NCBI GenBank assembly: GCA_030295235.1
Contig: AP026127.1
Location: 372,001 to 436,000 of the forward strand
DNA from: Fistulifera solaris
Lineage: Eukaryota
Reading direction: 5' to 3'
Length of the DNA: 64,000 bases
The stretch's first letter is position 1; every line of letters starts with the position of its first letter. Made by a program: the position numbers and the translations under genes. Positions 24,043 through 35,545 of the stretch are shown here, in pieces. The notes under the pieces were generated by a model. That model was given only the letters and a program-made list of their open reading frames with translations. It had not been told where the DNA came from and made no database searches.

Positions 24043-25092
24043 ATGATTGGGCAACAAACGAATCTCATCAAAAAATCTGACAAGGCGCAACAAATGTATG
24101 GAAGCATGAACTCGGAAGAAAGAATAAAAGAGGCGGCGGACAATGATCCGGAACGACAGAACACTGATCACCAAGATAAACGGAGACGCATCGGGAGTCC
24201 TACCCTTAACTCCCGCCGATTGTCTGGAAAATCCATTACTTTTTCGTTCCCGACGAATGGGCAAGCTCAAGGTCACGCGGAAGAGCATCACGGAAAGGAT
24301 TCATGGCAACACAAAGTGCTGGTGTGGTTGCACTCCTCCAAGGTAGAATACACTTTGATGGGTCTTCTGCTCCTCGATGTCTTGATATTATTTGTGGAAT
24401 TGTTCTTGCTCGCACTCTTTCCGGCTTGTGACCTTGTCGAAAGAGATGCGATTTCCTGTTGCCCATCCAGCGGGGAGGAACATTACCGATTTTTAGCAGA
24501 AGAATCACATCATTACTGTCCGGTCGGTTTGGAAGCATCGATGGAATACCCTGCGGGTTGTGATGATCATAAATGGAGCAGCGTACATATGGCGGAACAA
24601 GCGCTCTTTATCCTTACAGCCGTCATTTTGTCAATCTTTTTTGTTGAACTGAACATCACTATGATTGCCTTGACACCTAGCGTTTTCTTCCGTCAATTTT
24701 TCTTTCTGGCGGACTACATCATCATTTCTTTCGGACTTGCATTGGAGGTGCTTTTGCATTTCACGAGTTCGGCTACGTCGCAGTCTTTGGTAGGTTTGCT
24801 GGTAACGGTTCGATTATGGCGCTTTTTGCGAATCAGTCACGGGCTTGTCGAGGTTACCCATGAGGTCGCCGAAAAGGAGTTCGAAGAATTGCTGGCTTAT
24901 ACAGAAGAGTTGGAATCCGTGCTTCGAAAGAATAATATCATCATTTCCGGATCGGAAAAGATTCAAAAGATAAAGCACGAAGGAACAGGGGACGGCATAT
25001 TATCGGACATTGCAAAGCATCATCGTAGCAAACATACGTACGTCACGTACCCCGGTGAACATGGCAAGAGTGCTGATGATTCGGAACGTTGA
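24043..25092 (+). CDS. HVCN1: Voltage-gated proton channel Hv1
   Basis: Four TM helices and no pore domain; S1 Asp (LLLLDVLI); S4 RLWRFLRISHG matches the RxWRxxR signature; C-terminal coiled-coil-like stretch. Confidence 0.9.
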   Translation: MIGQQTNLIKKSDKAQQMYGSMNSEERIKEAADNDPERQNTDHQDKRRRIGSPTLNSRRLSGKSITFSFPTNGQAQGHAEEHHGKDSWQHKVLVWLHSSKVEYTLMGLLLLDVLILFVELFLLALFPACDLVERDAISCCPSSGEEHYRFLAEESHHYCPVGLEASMEYPAGCDDHKWSSVHMAEQALFILTAVILSIFFVELNITMIALTPSVFFRQFFFLADYIIISFGLALEVLLHFTSSATSQSLVGLLVTVRLWRFLRISHGLVEVTHEVAEKEFEELLAYTEELESVLRKNNIIISGSEKIQKIKHEGTGDGILSDIAKHHRSKHTYVTYPGEHGKSADDSER

Positions 25093-25700
25093 TGGGCGCG
25101 ACAATCAGATTTGAGAGAACACGAGATTGAAACTACCGTGACGCTGGTCTTCTTTGTCGATTACGTGGCCCTGTTGTTTAGTTGTAACATTTTTCAAAGA
25201 TAATGCAACACAACTCATTGTTATCCGTCATGCTCATATGGTATACCTTGGAATTCAACCAAGTTTAGGATTCGTCACGTTGAACAAGTCTTCGAAATAC
25301 GAGATATTATTGCCGGCGTCATTTAGCATCGTTGGCGCCACCAAGTACCTGGTAATTATCCTTCCTTATTCCTAAAGAAGTAGATCGTAACCATTTGGCT
25401 ATTAGCTGGTACTAGGATCGCTTTAGCTGCAATAGAATTCTTGTTAATTGCTAGCGTGGTTCGGGACTGGAATTACGGATTATTATTGACTGCGCTGACT
25501 ACTATATACGTCACAGTCACAGGTCAATCGTGAGCCCCCGTATTTGCCTGCGTCATCATCCGCGTCTGAAAGATTGTTGCTGTTGTTTGTTCGTTGTTCA
25601 TCGCATTGATGATTATTCATAATATCTGCTTTTACGAGTATGTCTGATACTTGTCAGCATTTGTTTAAGTAAATAAAACTCTATTTATTCTTTGATAACA

Positions 25701-26075
25701 ATGTCGCGCAAACCGGGCGTAGCATCGCCGGAAGAACTGAAAGCATTCGTCGCTGAAGCGGGAGAGCGTCTCTTGGTCGTTGATCTTCGCAACCCCGATG
25801 CTGTGGTCGAACCTGAAGATCAGCCGACCTTTGATCTCGCCCAGCTACCTTCCGAGTCGTCCCGTCCTCAAGCTGTCAGTCTACTTTGGGATCGAACCAC
25901 CAACCAAATGCCGATCCCCTCGGTCCCCAAAGACACGCCCATCATCACGCATTGCGGTGCCGGGGGGCGAGGACAGATGGCGAAGGAATTTTTGGAAAAG
26001 CACGGATTCGTCAAAGTGATGAATGGTGGAGGGCCGAAAGAAGCTGAGTGCTGGGCTGAGTTTGGAGACAAGTAA
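25701..26075 (+). CDS. Single-domain rhodanese-like protein
   Basis: LLVVDLR, PIITHCGAGGRG, FLEKHGF..VMNGG. Confidence 0.85.
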   Translation: MSRKPGVASPEELKAFVAEAGERLLVVDLRNPDAVVEPEDQPTFDLAQLPSESSRPQAVSLLWDRTTNQMPIPSVPKDTPIITHCGAGGRGQMAKEFLEKHGFVKVMNGGGPKEAECWAEFGDK

Positions 26076-26640
26076 GGGTTCTAAATGACCCATATGTTTG
26101 TGTGGCAGAGCAAAGAGCATTGTAAAGATACCGAGTGACCCATAAGGAAAGGCTGAATTTTGTCATATATTTTATATGATCACCGCAAAGTAATAGATAG
26201 CATTTTATTGTTGACAGAAAATGGCATTCCCCGTTATCCACAACATGTGATTCATTCATTCACGCGCGACTGATAGGTTGATTCAAAAATTCAAACGTGG
26301 AGCTCGATTTCTTTAGCCCATAGCGAACAGTAGCGTTTTGTCCGGTACGACACTCCACTAGGATTTGATTGTACGAAATTGCGCTGTTCTTTCGCTGAAC
26401 GCCGAACGGAACGTTCTGGACTTTGATGACAGCGCGAGCGGGACTGTCGATTTTCGTCCGCATCCATCAATTCAAGAAGGCTTCCGTGATTTCTCGATGT
26501 CAGCTCTCAACGCTCGCTCAACTCACTTCTCGTCACACATAAAGTCTCGATATTGTTCTGCGATCTCGTCGCAAAGTTCGGTAGACTTGATAAGTTTGAA
26601 TTAAACGAGCTCTTTTCATTGTTTCTTTCGCCTTCGCTGA

Positions 26641-27210
26641 ATGAAGATGGATACGATGGAAAGAATCGCGTGGGGTCGTCATGAAAACCGAAGTCAGATA
26701 TTTGAGAACCCATCGAGTGCTTTTGATGTCTACGAACGAATCGAAGGAACGTCTTGCGAAACACCATTTAACAAGAATCTGGTCAGGGTTACCGTCGGAC
26801 CGTGGGTGCTTGTGGTTGCTCTCTTTCTTGCCGCGCTGTGTATTCTGTACAATGTGATTTTCTGGTACAAATTCTTGTCGGCGTGGAATTCTATTTCGCG
26901 AGCCCGTCGCATGGATATCGCGATCGTGAAACATAGAAGACGACAGAGCTACCGCAACTTGATACAGTCACACGTACATGTCGACAACATGTCGGAGCAC
27001 ATGTCGTGTCCCATCTGCATGAACGATTTCTTTGAACAAGAACTGGTCACTTCTTGTGACGATGGTTGTGGGTCATGGTATCATCGACAATGTTTGATTC
27101 GATGGCTGGATCAATCCGACAATTGTCCGTGCTGCAGGAAGGACATGCTGACTCCTCATAAGAAAAGTTGGGGCTCCACCATTATATCTTTTTTGGGCAT
27201 GAAGCGGTAG
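26641..27210 (+). CDS. TM-anchored RING-H2 E3 ligase (ATL-like)
   Basis: Hydrophobic helix followed by CPICMNDF...C...YHRQCLIRWL...CPCCR. Confidence 0.85.
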   Translation: MKMDTMERIAWGRHENRSQIFENPSSAFDVYERIEGTSCETPFNKNLVRVTVGPWVLVVALFLAALCILYNVIFWYKFLSAWNSISRARRMDIAIVKHRRRQSYRNLIQSHVHVDNMSEHMSCPICMNDFFEQELVTSCDDGCGSWYHRQCLIRWLDQSDNCPCCRKDMLTPHKKSWGSTIISFLGMKR

Positions 27211-27323
27211 GGAGAGACCGTTTACCTTTTGATTTGTGCCTTCACACGTTGTTCCCAGATACTCTTGTACCTATATCCATAAATACAACTCATAACAATT
27301 ATAATTACTGTTTACTTCTGCAC

Positions 27324-28870
27324 TTAAGCGTCGTAACGCTCTAGTGGTTCGAGACTGAGGATGCTGCTAATCGATTGATTGTGCAGTGATCGAGCGATGG
27401 CTTCCGCCAGTAGAGGAGCGACGTTCAATACTCGGATCTTGGGAGGTAGCTGTCGCTCTGTCGCGATCGAGTTGCTTACGAGTAAGAATTCCAGCTCATC
27501 GAGTTCCTGTAGTCGCTCGGGAGCATCATTCACGTTCGGCGGTCCAAACACAGCGTGTGTCGCCCACGCGTAGATCGATTCTGCGCCGTACTGCTTCAAA
27601 CCCTCAATATTGCTCACCATAGTTGTGCCGGTATTCACAATATCGTCCACAAGGATGCATTTGCGACCGGCAACATTTCCTACTAGTTTGGCTTCGTATT
27701 GACTTGATCCGGGCGCCATCTTCGATTTGGTCAAGACGGCCAAATCCACATTTTGCCCCGACAGGCGTTGCAGAACGGTACGAGAATTGAGTCGCACGAG
27801 CGACTTGTCCCTCGTGAGCTGCTACGACTGTGATGGGGGGATAATTTTCATCCGCGCGGGGCATGAGTTCCTCGTGAAAATAGGCAGCCGCCACCGGCGC
27901 GGGCATGAGATGCTCGACCGGGCACGTTGGCGAAAAAGAATCCTTGTAGGCTGTCGGCATGCAAGTCGAGGCAGATCACCCGGTCGACTCCCATTTCTTC
28001 TAACATGAGTGCGATATCCGCAGCGGCAATCGGTTCTCGACGACGAAAATGTTTCTGATCTTGTCTGGAGTATCCGTAGTAGGGAATGACGGCTGTGACT
28101 TTTTTGGCACTGGCGCGTCGAAGCGTAGGAATCATGAGCAAGAGTTCCATAAGCGCATCTGCCGAAGTAGTGGAATTAATGATATAGACGTGTTTCCCAC
28201 GAACCGACTCTTGTATTTGAATGTTGACTTCTCCGTCAATGAATTTTCCCGTGTGCATCTGGTTGATCGGGACGCCGAGTAGATGCGCAATGTCGCCGCC
28301 GACATCGACCGAGGAGGAGCCCGCCAAAATAATGAATCGATCGGCCATATCTGTCTGTAGTTCCGACGTTTTGTAAAAGTACATTTTTTGCGTTGTGACC
28401 ATGGGATGATCATGAGTTTGAAGGCTTTGTACTCGATCTTTGGCTTGAGCGGCGACGTCCTGCATGCTGGTGGCCAGTGCCTGTTGTTCTCGGAAGGCGA
28501 TATCATGTGCACTATCTAGTGCACGAATCGATTTCTGAAGATTCGTGGTCTCGTTTTCGTCCCGAGTCGGTGGTATCCTGGATTGTAATGAAATTGTTTC
28601 CAACGGAACCTCCTGATCGGCTAAGAACATCGGATCGCTCGAACTACCAAACGAGGGGAGATCACTCTCTCCTTCTTCACAAAATGCTTCATTCTGACGC
28701 TGAATTTGTAAAGCTACTGATACCCCAGTAACTCCCAGGCATAGGATCAAAGGGGCTGAAAATTGAGTGTTGTGATGAAAATTGTGGCGTGAAGCCGATG
28801 AAAGATTCCGAGAAAAGACCGTCGATATTTTGCGAAGACCCTTCATTCTAGAGATCGAGGGAAAAGACAT
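27324..28870 (-). CDS. PRS: Ribose-phosphate pyrophosphokinase with mitochondrial-like N-terminal extension; frameshifts ~27935 and ~27783
   Basis: [56 protein letters not shown] across three frames. Confidence 0.92.
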
Positions 28871-29482
28871 CGTCTCGCTAATTAATAGCTCTAAAATACA
28901 CGAGCCGATGAGCTAAACAATGAATGCAGTTACAAGATCGTCTTCACAGAAATCTACGGAGTACCAGTACCTGGTACCAGGTAACTTCGCAATCAACAAA
29001 AAAACATAGCCGGAAGGATCTGCGTCTGTCCGGCGTCCGATACCAGATTTGAGATTTGCACCTCTCCCGCTGACTGCGTAGAACCTCGTAGTCGATCTAC
29101 GTGCGGGGGAGCGGATGGTCGAGAATGGGCGAGTTGCCCTGTCGTTCCGCACGTGTTACTAAATTCATCCCCGTCGGTCGTCCAGGTCCAAAACGTACTG
29201 AAAGCGTCTCTCCATACATCCGTCTCACGAAATGATGGATGTGATACCGGTACCGGATCTTGCCGGCAGCATGATGATCCTTTTGTGAAAAGGCATCGCC
29301 GCTTTGTCATTAGTCTGATCGACTATTGCGTCCTTGGGGGTTGCATTTTTACGGCCGAATCCATCATTTTCATAAAAAAGGAAAGTGTCTCCCTCTTTGG
29401 CAAATTTGCGCATTAGTGTCTCAAAAGCAACCGGTGCTGAGCGACTACAAAAGCACCTCTATTTTCTCATTGTTTGTAAGAA

Positions 29483-30889
29483 ATGAGCGGCAGCGGTTCC
29501 TCGACTCCCCGTGGTACGGAGACGCCTCCTCCGACGAGTGAAGGGCCTTCTCCGCTGATTGTAGGGACTCGTTTTGTGAAGCAGTACTACAAAGTCCTTT
29601 CGACAACTCCCGATCAGATTGTTCGCTTCTACCAGCCATCGTCTTACCTCTCGCAAGGTGTCGGATCGCAGCAAACGGAGCCGGCGGTGTTTGATAAGGA
29701 GAATGTGGCGCAGCTGAAAGATCGCTTTTACTTGGCAGGAGGCGAAGAGGGATGCCCGCTGCGCTTTGAGTTTGAGCACGGTGCGATTGATGCTCAACTT
29801 TCGGTGAACGGGGGAGTTTTGCTCGTAGTCACGGGGCATCTGGTTTACATGTCCTCGGATGATGATGAAGACGGCGAAGATGAGGATGTTTTTTTGGAGC
29901 GTCGTAAGGCTTTCGTTCACACCTTTTTTCTTGGAAGTTTGGTAGCGGGTAACAAACGAAGCTACTACGTTCACAATGATGTGCTTCGTTTCTTGCACGA
30001 AGATGGGGAGAAACCGAGCACGAAAATCGAGGAACCTAGCAAAGAAAAGGCAACAACGATCGCTACAGAAACAGTTGAGGAAGTTGTTCCGTCTGATGAA
30101 CCGGCGCTAGTTGTTGAACCAGAGGTTGTTGAGGAAGCTCCGGGCGGTGGAGTTGAGGAGTCGAAAGAAGTGTTAGCGGAGGAAGAAACAGCGCCTGTCG
30201 CTCCTGTAGCGACTCAGAATCTGGAAATCGATACCACTTTGGAAACGAAACCCACCAAGCCAGTTGTTCCGGGCTCGTGGGCTAGCATGGTGGCTCGAAG
30301 TGGTACGAGTGGCGGGAGCTCATCGTCTGGACCGAGCACTCCTGTTCGCCCATCCACCGGAGCACCAAAATCATCCGTAAAAACGAAACCGAAGATCTCA
30401 GCACCTGCGAAGGCTGCTCCGGAGGAAGTAGCTGGGAAAAATGCAGGTGCACCGCGTGGAGGAAAGCGCGATCCTGATTTTACCTTGGTCATTAAGAACA
30501 TATCGGACGATGTGACGGAAGCCGATGTCTTGGATATGTTTGAATCGTTTGCTACGAAAGCTGATGCAAAGATTGTAGGAACGACTGTTTCGGCGCACAA
30601 GGGCATTGCATTTGTTGATTTCAGTTCCGCTGCTCCCGTGTTGGCCGCGGTGGCTCAGCATGGAACCACGCCGTTCAACTTGAAAGGTCGTGAGCTAGAT
30701 ATTTATCAAAAAACGGTAGAACAGAAAGGACGTGGAGGAAGTAAAGGTCGAGGTGGTAACAAGGGAAACCCGAGCAATGGTAGTGCAGGTCGGGGTGGTG
30801 GACGGCAACAAAAAGGTCGTGGTGACCGCGCTGGAGGACGCGCCGAGCGTGCAGGAGGTAAAGCTGGCGGTCGAAGCAGTGAACAATAA
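29483..30889 (+). CDS. G3BP-like protein (NTF2 + acidic region + RRM + RGG)
   Basis: VGTRFVKQYYKVL...YYVHNDVLRF (NTF2); LVIKNI / KGIAFVDF (RNP2/RNP1); RGG-rich tail. Confidence 0.92.
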   Translation: MSGSGSSTPRGTETPPPTSEGPSPLIVGTRFVKQYYKVLSTTPDQIVRFYQPSSYLSQGVGSQQTEPAVFDKENVAQLKDRFYLAGGEEGCPLRFEFEHGAIDAQLSVNGGVLLVVTGHLVYMSSDDDEDGEDEDVFLERRKAFVHTFFLGSLVAGNKRSYYVHNDVLRFLHEDGEKPSTKIEEPSKEKATTIATETVEEVVPSDEPALVVEPEVVEEAPGGGVEESKEVLAEEETAPVAPVATQNLEIDTTLETKPTKPVVPGSWASMVARSGTSGGSSSSGPSTPVRPSTGAPKSSVKTKPKISAPAKAAPEEVAGKNAGAPRGGKRDPDFTLVIKNISDDVTEADVLDMFESFATKADAKIVGTTVSAHKGIAFVDFSSAAPVLAAVAQHGTTPFNLKGRELDIYQKTVEQKGRGGSKGRGGNKGNPSNGSAGRGGGRQQKGRGDRAGGRAERAGGKAGGRSSEQ

Positions 30890-31162
30890 ACTATTTTTCA
30901 AAACTGCAATTTAGAGAGAAAGTTCAAATAAGATGATTTTCCATGCGGGGTATCATTATTCATTTCGAACGGAGGAGCAATCAACGAAGCTTGTAGTTTT
31001 AGCGTCTATATTGACTAAGGGTAAAATAACCATATGCTGCAATTCTTCACCTCTTGTCTTGTAATGGTCAACGCAATTTCAAGCAAAGATCACACGAACT
31101 TGTCTCTAGTAAGTAGGCTGTCCACATCATTCGTACTCGAACATAGTCCTGGTCACGAATCA

Positions 31163-31225
31163 TGAGTCACGAGTTGGCGGGTCGCGCACAAAAAGATCCT
31201 CGCAATGATGACGTATTTATGACGT
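31163..31225 (+). promoter_or_regulatory. Candidate bZIP sites upstream of carbamate kinase
   Basis: TGAGTCA 31163-31169; TGACGT 31209-31214 and 31220-31225. Confidence 0.35.
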
Positions 31226-31427
31226 GTTGTCGTATGATCGGCAATCAAAAAGGTCGCATACACTTTAATTCATAGTTTATAGTGGTAGTGGATCAAAAAT
31301 GCAGGAAAATCTTGAAAAGCGAAGGTGCGAACGAACTGCATGATGTCATGTTGCAATTACAGAACTCGTTGTCTCGTTTGCTATATCTCATCCATTATAA
31401 CTCGCCAAAGAAAAGTTCAAATCACAA

Positions 31428-32673
31428 ATGTTTCGTCTCGCCGTCAAGAGTCTCGGCAGCGTATCAACCCGCCGAGCCTACAGTTCTACCAGCGCGGTGT
31501 CCGACCGCATCGTGATTGCCGTAGGAGGAAATGCGCTGCAACGACGAGGAGAACGTTTGACCATCGAGAACATGCTCAAAGCGGCTGCCGACATGGCCCC
31601 GACCATCGCGAAGCTAGCGTCCGAGCACGAAGTAGTTTTAACACACGGTAATGGTCCCCAAGTCGGTGAACTGGCTCTCGAACGTTCCGCAGCAACCTTT
31701 GATGTGCTTGGCGCCGAGTCCTGTGGGCAAATCGGCTACGTACTGGCGCAAGCGATGGCGAGTGTAGGATTGACAGCCGCCCCTATCATCACGCAGGTTG
31801 TTATTGACCCCAACAGTCCTGCTTTCCGAAACCCGTAAGTGAGAGAGATAGAGTTTCTCGATGTCGTCGGCATCATTATTTTCCCCAAGCATATCTCATA
31901 CGACGGTCGTTTCCATTCGCAGAACAAAATTCGTCGGTCCTGTGTATGGTCCTAAAGAAGCCCATGCGCTGGCGGAGAGTTTAGGCTGGACGGTCAAGCC
32001 AGATGGAGAATACTTTCGCCGTGTCGTTCCGTCTCCCGAACCGTTGGAAATTCTACAGGTAGACGCTGTGAAAGCCTTACTGCATCACTGCCCCTCCGTA
32101 CTGCCCATTGCTTGTGGTGGTGGTGGAGTTCCCGTCATGCGTATTCCTAGTCGTCCCGAGACATTGCAGGGAGTAGAAGCTGTGATTGATAAGGACGCTT
32201 GCGGTAGTCGTTTGGCAGTGGCACTGGAAGCCGATGCCTTTATCATTCTGACCGATGGCGGTGGTATTTGGCAAGATTTCGGCAAGCCGACCGCACAGGA
32301 AATGGAGACGGTATCTCCAGAATATCTTCTGGGAACAAAGGCTGGAAAGAACTTCCCCGGATCGGTAAGTGCTATTTTGCACAATTTTTGTCTCTGTTTC
32401 GTCAAACATGTAGCGCTCAATAAAAGCGTTTTGGTTGAAAAGATGGGACCCAAAATTCAAGCAGCCATTTCGTTTGTCGAAAACGGCAAACCGGGATGCT
32501 ATGCTGCGATTGGAGATTTAAAGGACGCCGCTAAGATTCTGACGCGAGAGGAGGGTACGATTATCCGAAAAGATGTTGCTGGTAAGGGTGTCGTGTGGCG
32601 AGACCGTGTCAAAAGTCCCGAAGAGGAAAACAAACCTCCCAAGATTGCCAAGGATCCTCCCAAGTACGGATAA
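31428..32673 (+). CDS. arcC: Carbamate kinase, mitochondrial-type presequence; introns 31835-31922 and 32365-32442
   Basis: IVIAVGGNAL, THGNGPQVG, NP|TKFVG, RRVVPSP, GGGGVPV, GVEAVIDKD, GS|MGPK after GT-AG splicing. Confidence 0.95.
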
Positions 32674-32943
32674 ATATGGACTCAATGGCCGGGGACCCGC
32701 ATTTTCTACCCCTGAAATCCAAACATAGCATTCATTTCTTAAGCGTTGAATGGTTTGCGAATAAACTAGCGATAAGTTCTATCTGCTTTCGGTCTTGGCT
32801 TGTTTGTCGAAAAAGGTTCATTTAAACATGAAGTTCGATGTTTTATTGTCATGTTGTTAGGGTGTCTCTAGCTGCGACTCACTCAGTCTCCAGTGCAAGT
32901 GCCGTACCAGTAAGACTTGGAAACGCCATTTATGGTCAGACAC

Positions 32944-33024
32944 GGAAACGACGTTAAAATTCTGCCTCGCCGTAGGCTCTACGTAGAAACTTGTACTGAG
33001 AGGCAGAATTTTAACGTCCTTTCC
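32944..33024. repeat. Inverted repeat/hairpin, 25-bp arms with 1 mismatch
   Basis: GGAAACGACGTTAAAATTCTGCCTC ... GAGGCAGAATTTTAACGTCCTTTCC. Confidence 0.9.
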
Positions 33025-33081
33025 CGCTCTCTACTCTCTAGCCTCTAGAGCTACAAGTAGAGTGAGTTGCGAGAGCGAGAG

Positions 33082-33743
33082 CGAGAGACGCAAAACGGAA
33101 CCCTTTATTGTTCGGTTCATGACTCATGACTACTGTACAATTCAGTCTTGGCTGGCTGGCGTAAACTAACACTCCATCTCATAGTGGAAATTCAAGTGCC
33201 GATCCTCGGACTTTCGACATGAAAATAAAAAAAGCTCTTAACAAGTAGTTCAGAATCACCATTGTTGCGACTTTTTCTACCCGTAATTACAATCATATTC
33301 GCAGTTGAACGACAGTGGACGGATACGAGAGACGCAAAACGGAACCCTTTGTTGTTCGGTTCATGACTCATGACTACTGTACAATTCAGTCTTGGCTGGC
33401 TGGCGTAAACCAACACTCCATCTCATAGTGGAAATTCAAGTGCCGATCCTCGGATTTTCGACATGAAAATAAAAAAAAGCTCTTAACAAGTAGTTCGGAA
33501 TCACCATTGTTGCGACTTTTTCTACCCGTAATTACAATCATATTCGCAGTTGAATGACAATGGACGGATGCGAGAGACGCAAAACGGAACCCTTTGTTGT
33601 TCGGTTCATGACTCATGACTACTGTACAATTCAGTCTTGGCTGGCGTAAACCAACACTCCATCTCATAGTGGAAATTCAAGTGCCGATCCTCGGATTTTC
33701 GACATGAAAATAAAAGAAACTTTTAACAAGTAGTTCAGAATCA
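33082..33743. repeat. Tandem repeat, ~244-bp unit x ~2.7
   Basis: Units start CGAGAGACGCAAAACGGAACC at 33082, 33326, 33571. Confidence 0.95.
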
Positions 33744-34517
33744 TCAAAACAGAAACTACAAAATACGAAAGGGTTGCAAGCTTCGACGAATGGACTTCAC
33801 GCCCTTGATCTTTTCGGTAGCTGAACTGTTGAGTAAACCAGCCGTTGAAGCGTCCCGCAGGCTTGCTCCTATTCTTTCCGTAAAAGGGAACGATCTTATC
33901 TGGATACATGTGGTTATGTGCGTTCTCGTTTGAGCATTTCTCTTGCTCGATCTGCGAGTATGCTCATCCGAACTCCCCGACAAAGAGAAACTGTTCGCTC
34001 CTCCGACTTGGCAAGATGGACGTGGCTTGGTTCTTTACTAGGCTCCACCCAACAACATGATGTCGACAAACTACTCCAGAAGGAGCATACTTTTCACTCA
34101 GCAACTATCACTATCATCCATTATATGTTATGGTAACAAAAAGCTTACCAGGTACGATGACACGACAATTCCTACACGGGATTCATCAATTGACTCATGA
34201 CCATCCAAGATCCTAGCTCGTTTCTCACTTATGCGCATCGGTACTCAGTCTCTAAGTAAAAAATTATCCGTTACATGCTACGTAATTATTTGTTGTACAG
34301 TAGACCTTAGACTAGGTCTAGTCACATCATGTCACATCCGTTTTCAAAAAAATAATATTGTCCTTATTGCATGACGGAACCACACCGTCACCAACCACAA
34401 ACTTCTCGCTTCTCGCTCTCATTACATTGCTAGAGAGTCTACTGGTATAAAATTGCGCAATTTTTCAATCTTTCCTTTCCAATCGCAACGTTCGTGCATA
34501 GAAGGATTCAGTGAATT

Positions 34518-35233
34518 ATGTTTTCGTCAAGTAAAGCGGGTTTCGCTGTGGCGGGGGCCGCAGCACTCGGGACGGTATGTGAGGTGTTGATTTCGAATGT
34601 CTCAACCGTTGGCATCTTGTTTCCCCACTCACACCTTTGTCAATTCATCAGTGCGTCTACCTTTATTTACAATCGGGAAAGGAAGACACGCCGTCGAATG
34701 AAGGAAGCGAGGCACCCGTAAAAACAAACGGCACTGTAAACGCTGAGGTCTCGAGCACAACGGCACCAACGACATTTGATCGTGAAATAACATCAGAAAA
34801 TGCGGCGATGGTGAACCTTTCAAAAGCGACAAGTTCTAATGAAACCACGACATCGGATTTAGTTGCTGCAGTACTTCCGACCACGAGTCTTGCGGAAAGT
34901 ATTCCGACAGAAGCACGAAAAAGTATGCCGATCGGTGACCTTAGTGATAGTTGGGAAAAAGTAGTCAATAAAGGAAGTAATGAGTCGCCACAAACTACCA
35001 GAGAGCAATCTCTGTATCCTACTGTGGAATTGGCGGAATCGTACGAGACGATGGACGAAGAAAACATCAATCTTCAAACGGATGCTGCCGCCGTAGCCAG
35101 AATGAGAAGTGCGGCAGCGAAAAGAAAAAAGAACAAGAAAACGACTACCGCGGCGGAAGTAGCAAAGAAAGAAATGCAATCGGCTCCCGCTGCCGTCAAG
35201 AAAAAGAAGAAAAAAGATCAGATAAATGGATGA
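34518..35233 (+). CDS. Small N-terminally anchored low-complexity protein; intron 34575-34651
   Basis: Splicing GTATGT...ATCAG gives MFSSSKAGFAVAGAAALGT|CVYLYLQ joined to ORF 34637..35233; Lys-rich tail. Confidence 0.7.
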
Positions 35234-35545
35234 GAGAGGATAGTTGAAAGAATTTTTACGAGCGCACGCTCCCTTTTGATTTGACTTTTTTTGTTTTTTC
35301 GCGTATGCGCATCGTTCAGCTAGTTCAAGCAATCAACTTCGATGCCTTTCTCTTCCATGAAATGTTTTTCAGTGAGAGAGAGAGAGAGTTTTACCGGTAG
35401 CTAGGTGCTAAATCTTTAGATCTAGATTCATCAACTGATACCGGTAAGATATTTCAACTTTCGCACCTCGCCGCACCGCCCTCGCTATCATATTTATTTC
35501 GAAAATGGCGATAGAAGCGACTGCACGGTCTTCATTTGAGTCTAA

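Noticed and set aside
34300..34325. Helitron 3' end (hairpin plus CTAG)
   Set aside because: CTAG overlaps the hairpin instead of lying ~11 nt downstream; no matching 5' end identified
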